64,000 nt of DNA from Glycera tridactyla (taxonomy: Eukaryota): assembly GCA_965644265.1 (NCBI GenBank), contig OZ286470.1, positions 9,238,001 through 9,302,000 on the forward strand, read 5' to 3'. The number at the start of each line of letters is the position of its first letter. The first letter of the stretch is position 1. Below the pieces are notes generated by a model that saw only the letters and a program-made list of their open reading frames with translations, did no database searches and was not told the DNA's origin. Shown here piece after piece: positions 63,501 through 64,000 of the stretch. The position numbers were made by a program, and so were the translations under genes.

Positions 63501-64000
63501 ATATTTTGCTAACATAGAGACCTGCACCATATAGATGTAGGCACAAAAATATCAATACTATGTGCCAGACCTAAGATCATTTGACATCTTAGGCCCAGAT
63601 GGCCTGAATCAGCCAACCCTATTTTATCAAACTAGTAAAGTCTAACCTGTCCTGGGCAGCCACTGTACTAAGCAGCCACCTGCCCTGAGCAGCCACCTTT
63701 GAATTTCCCTTCGGAGGTTTTTCCACAATAATCAACATGCTCTAACCAGAAATCTGCCCTAAGCAGCCACTTTTTGCCTTCCCGAAGGGTGGCTGCTTGG
63801 AACAGGTTTAACTGCATCTTCCATTCACTGGCCCTTACATACACTAATGTCAGAACCACACTTTTTCAATGTCCTTATGTCAGATCTACTAGCCATCAAA
63901 CAGCTTGTATATTCGTCACATACCACAGCCTGCTCTGGCGGATTTGATGAATTTCCTGTGAGCCAGTGGGACAGTAAAATGATTTAATTCACAGTCGGTG

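Overview
Eukaryotic, AT-rich, repeat-dense genomic DNA from a draft assembly with two N gaps. The repeat types suggest a marine invertebrate such as a mollusc or annelid (inference). No host gene can be identified with confidence. The dominant feature is a young 7.8-kb Ty3/Gypsy-like LTR element at 16319-24121. It has 625-bp LTRs with one mismatch seen by eye, TG...CA ends, a 4-bp TATC target-site duplication (TSD), a tRNA-Ala-type PBS and a PPT. It keeps an intact 850-aa Gag (capsid plus two CCHC knuckles) and an intact 511-aa aspartic-protease ORF in the same frame, separated by a single TAG. It has no recognisable RT, RNase H or integrase; about 2.1 kb of AT-rich non-coding DNA sits in their place. 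The rest of the window holds non-autonomous DNA transposons (TA-TSD Tc1/mariner-type MITEs, hAT-like MITEs, a 6-bp-TSD element in two copies, a TTAA-TSD Kolobok-like element, Helentron-like elements with internal satellites), tRNA-derived SINEs, 5'-truncated LINE remnants and several mini- and microsatellites. Many of these are nested. All alignments were done by eye.
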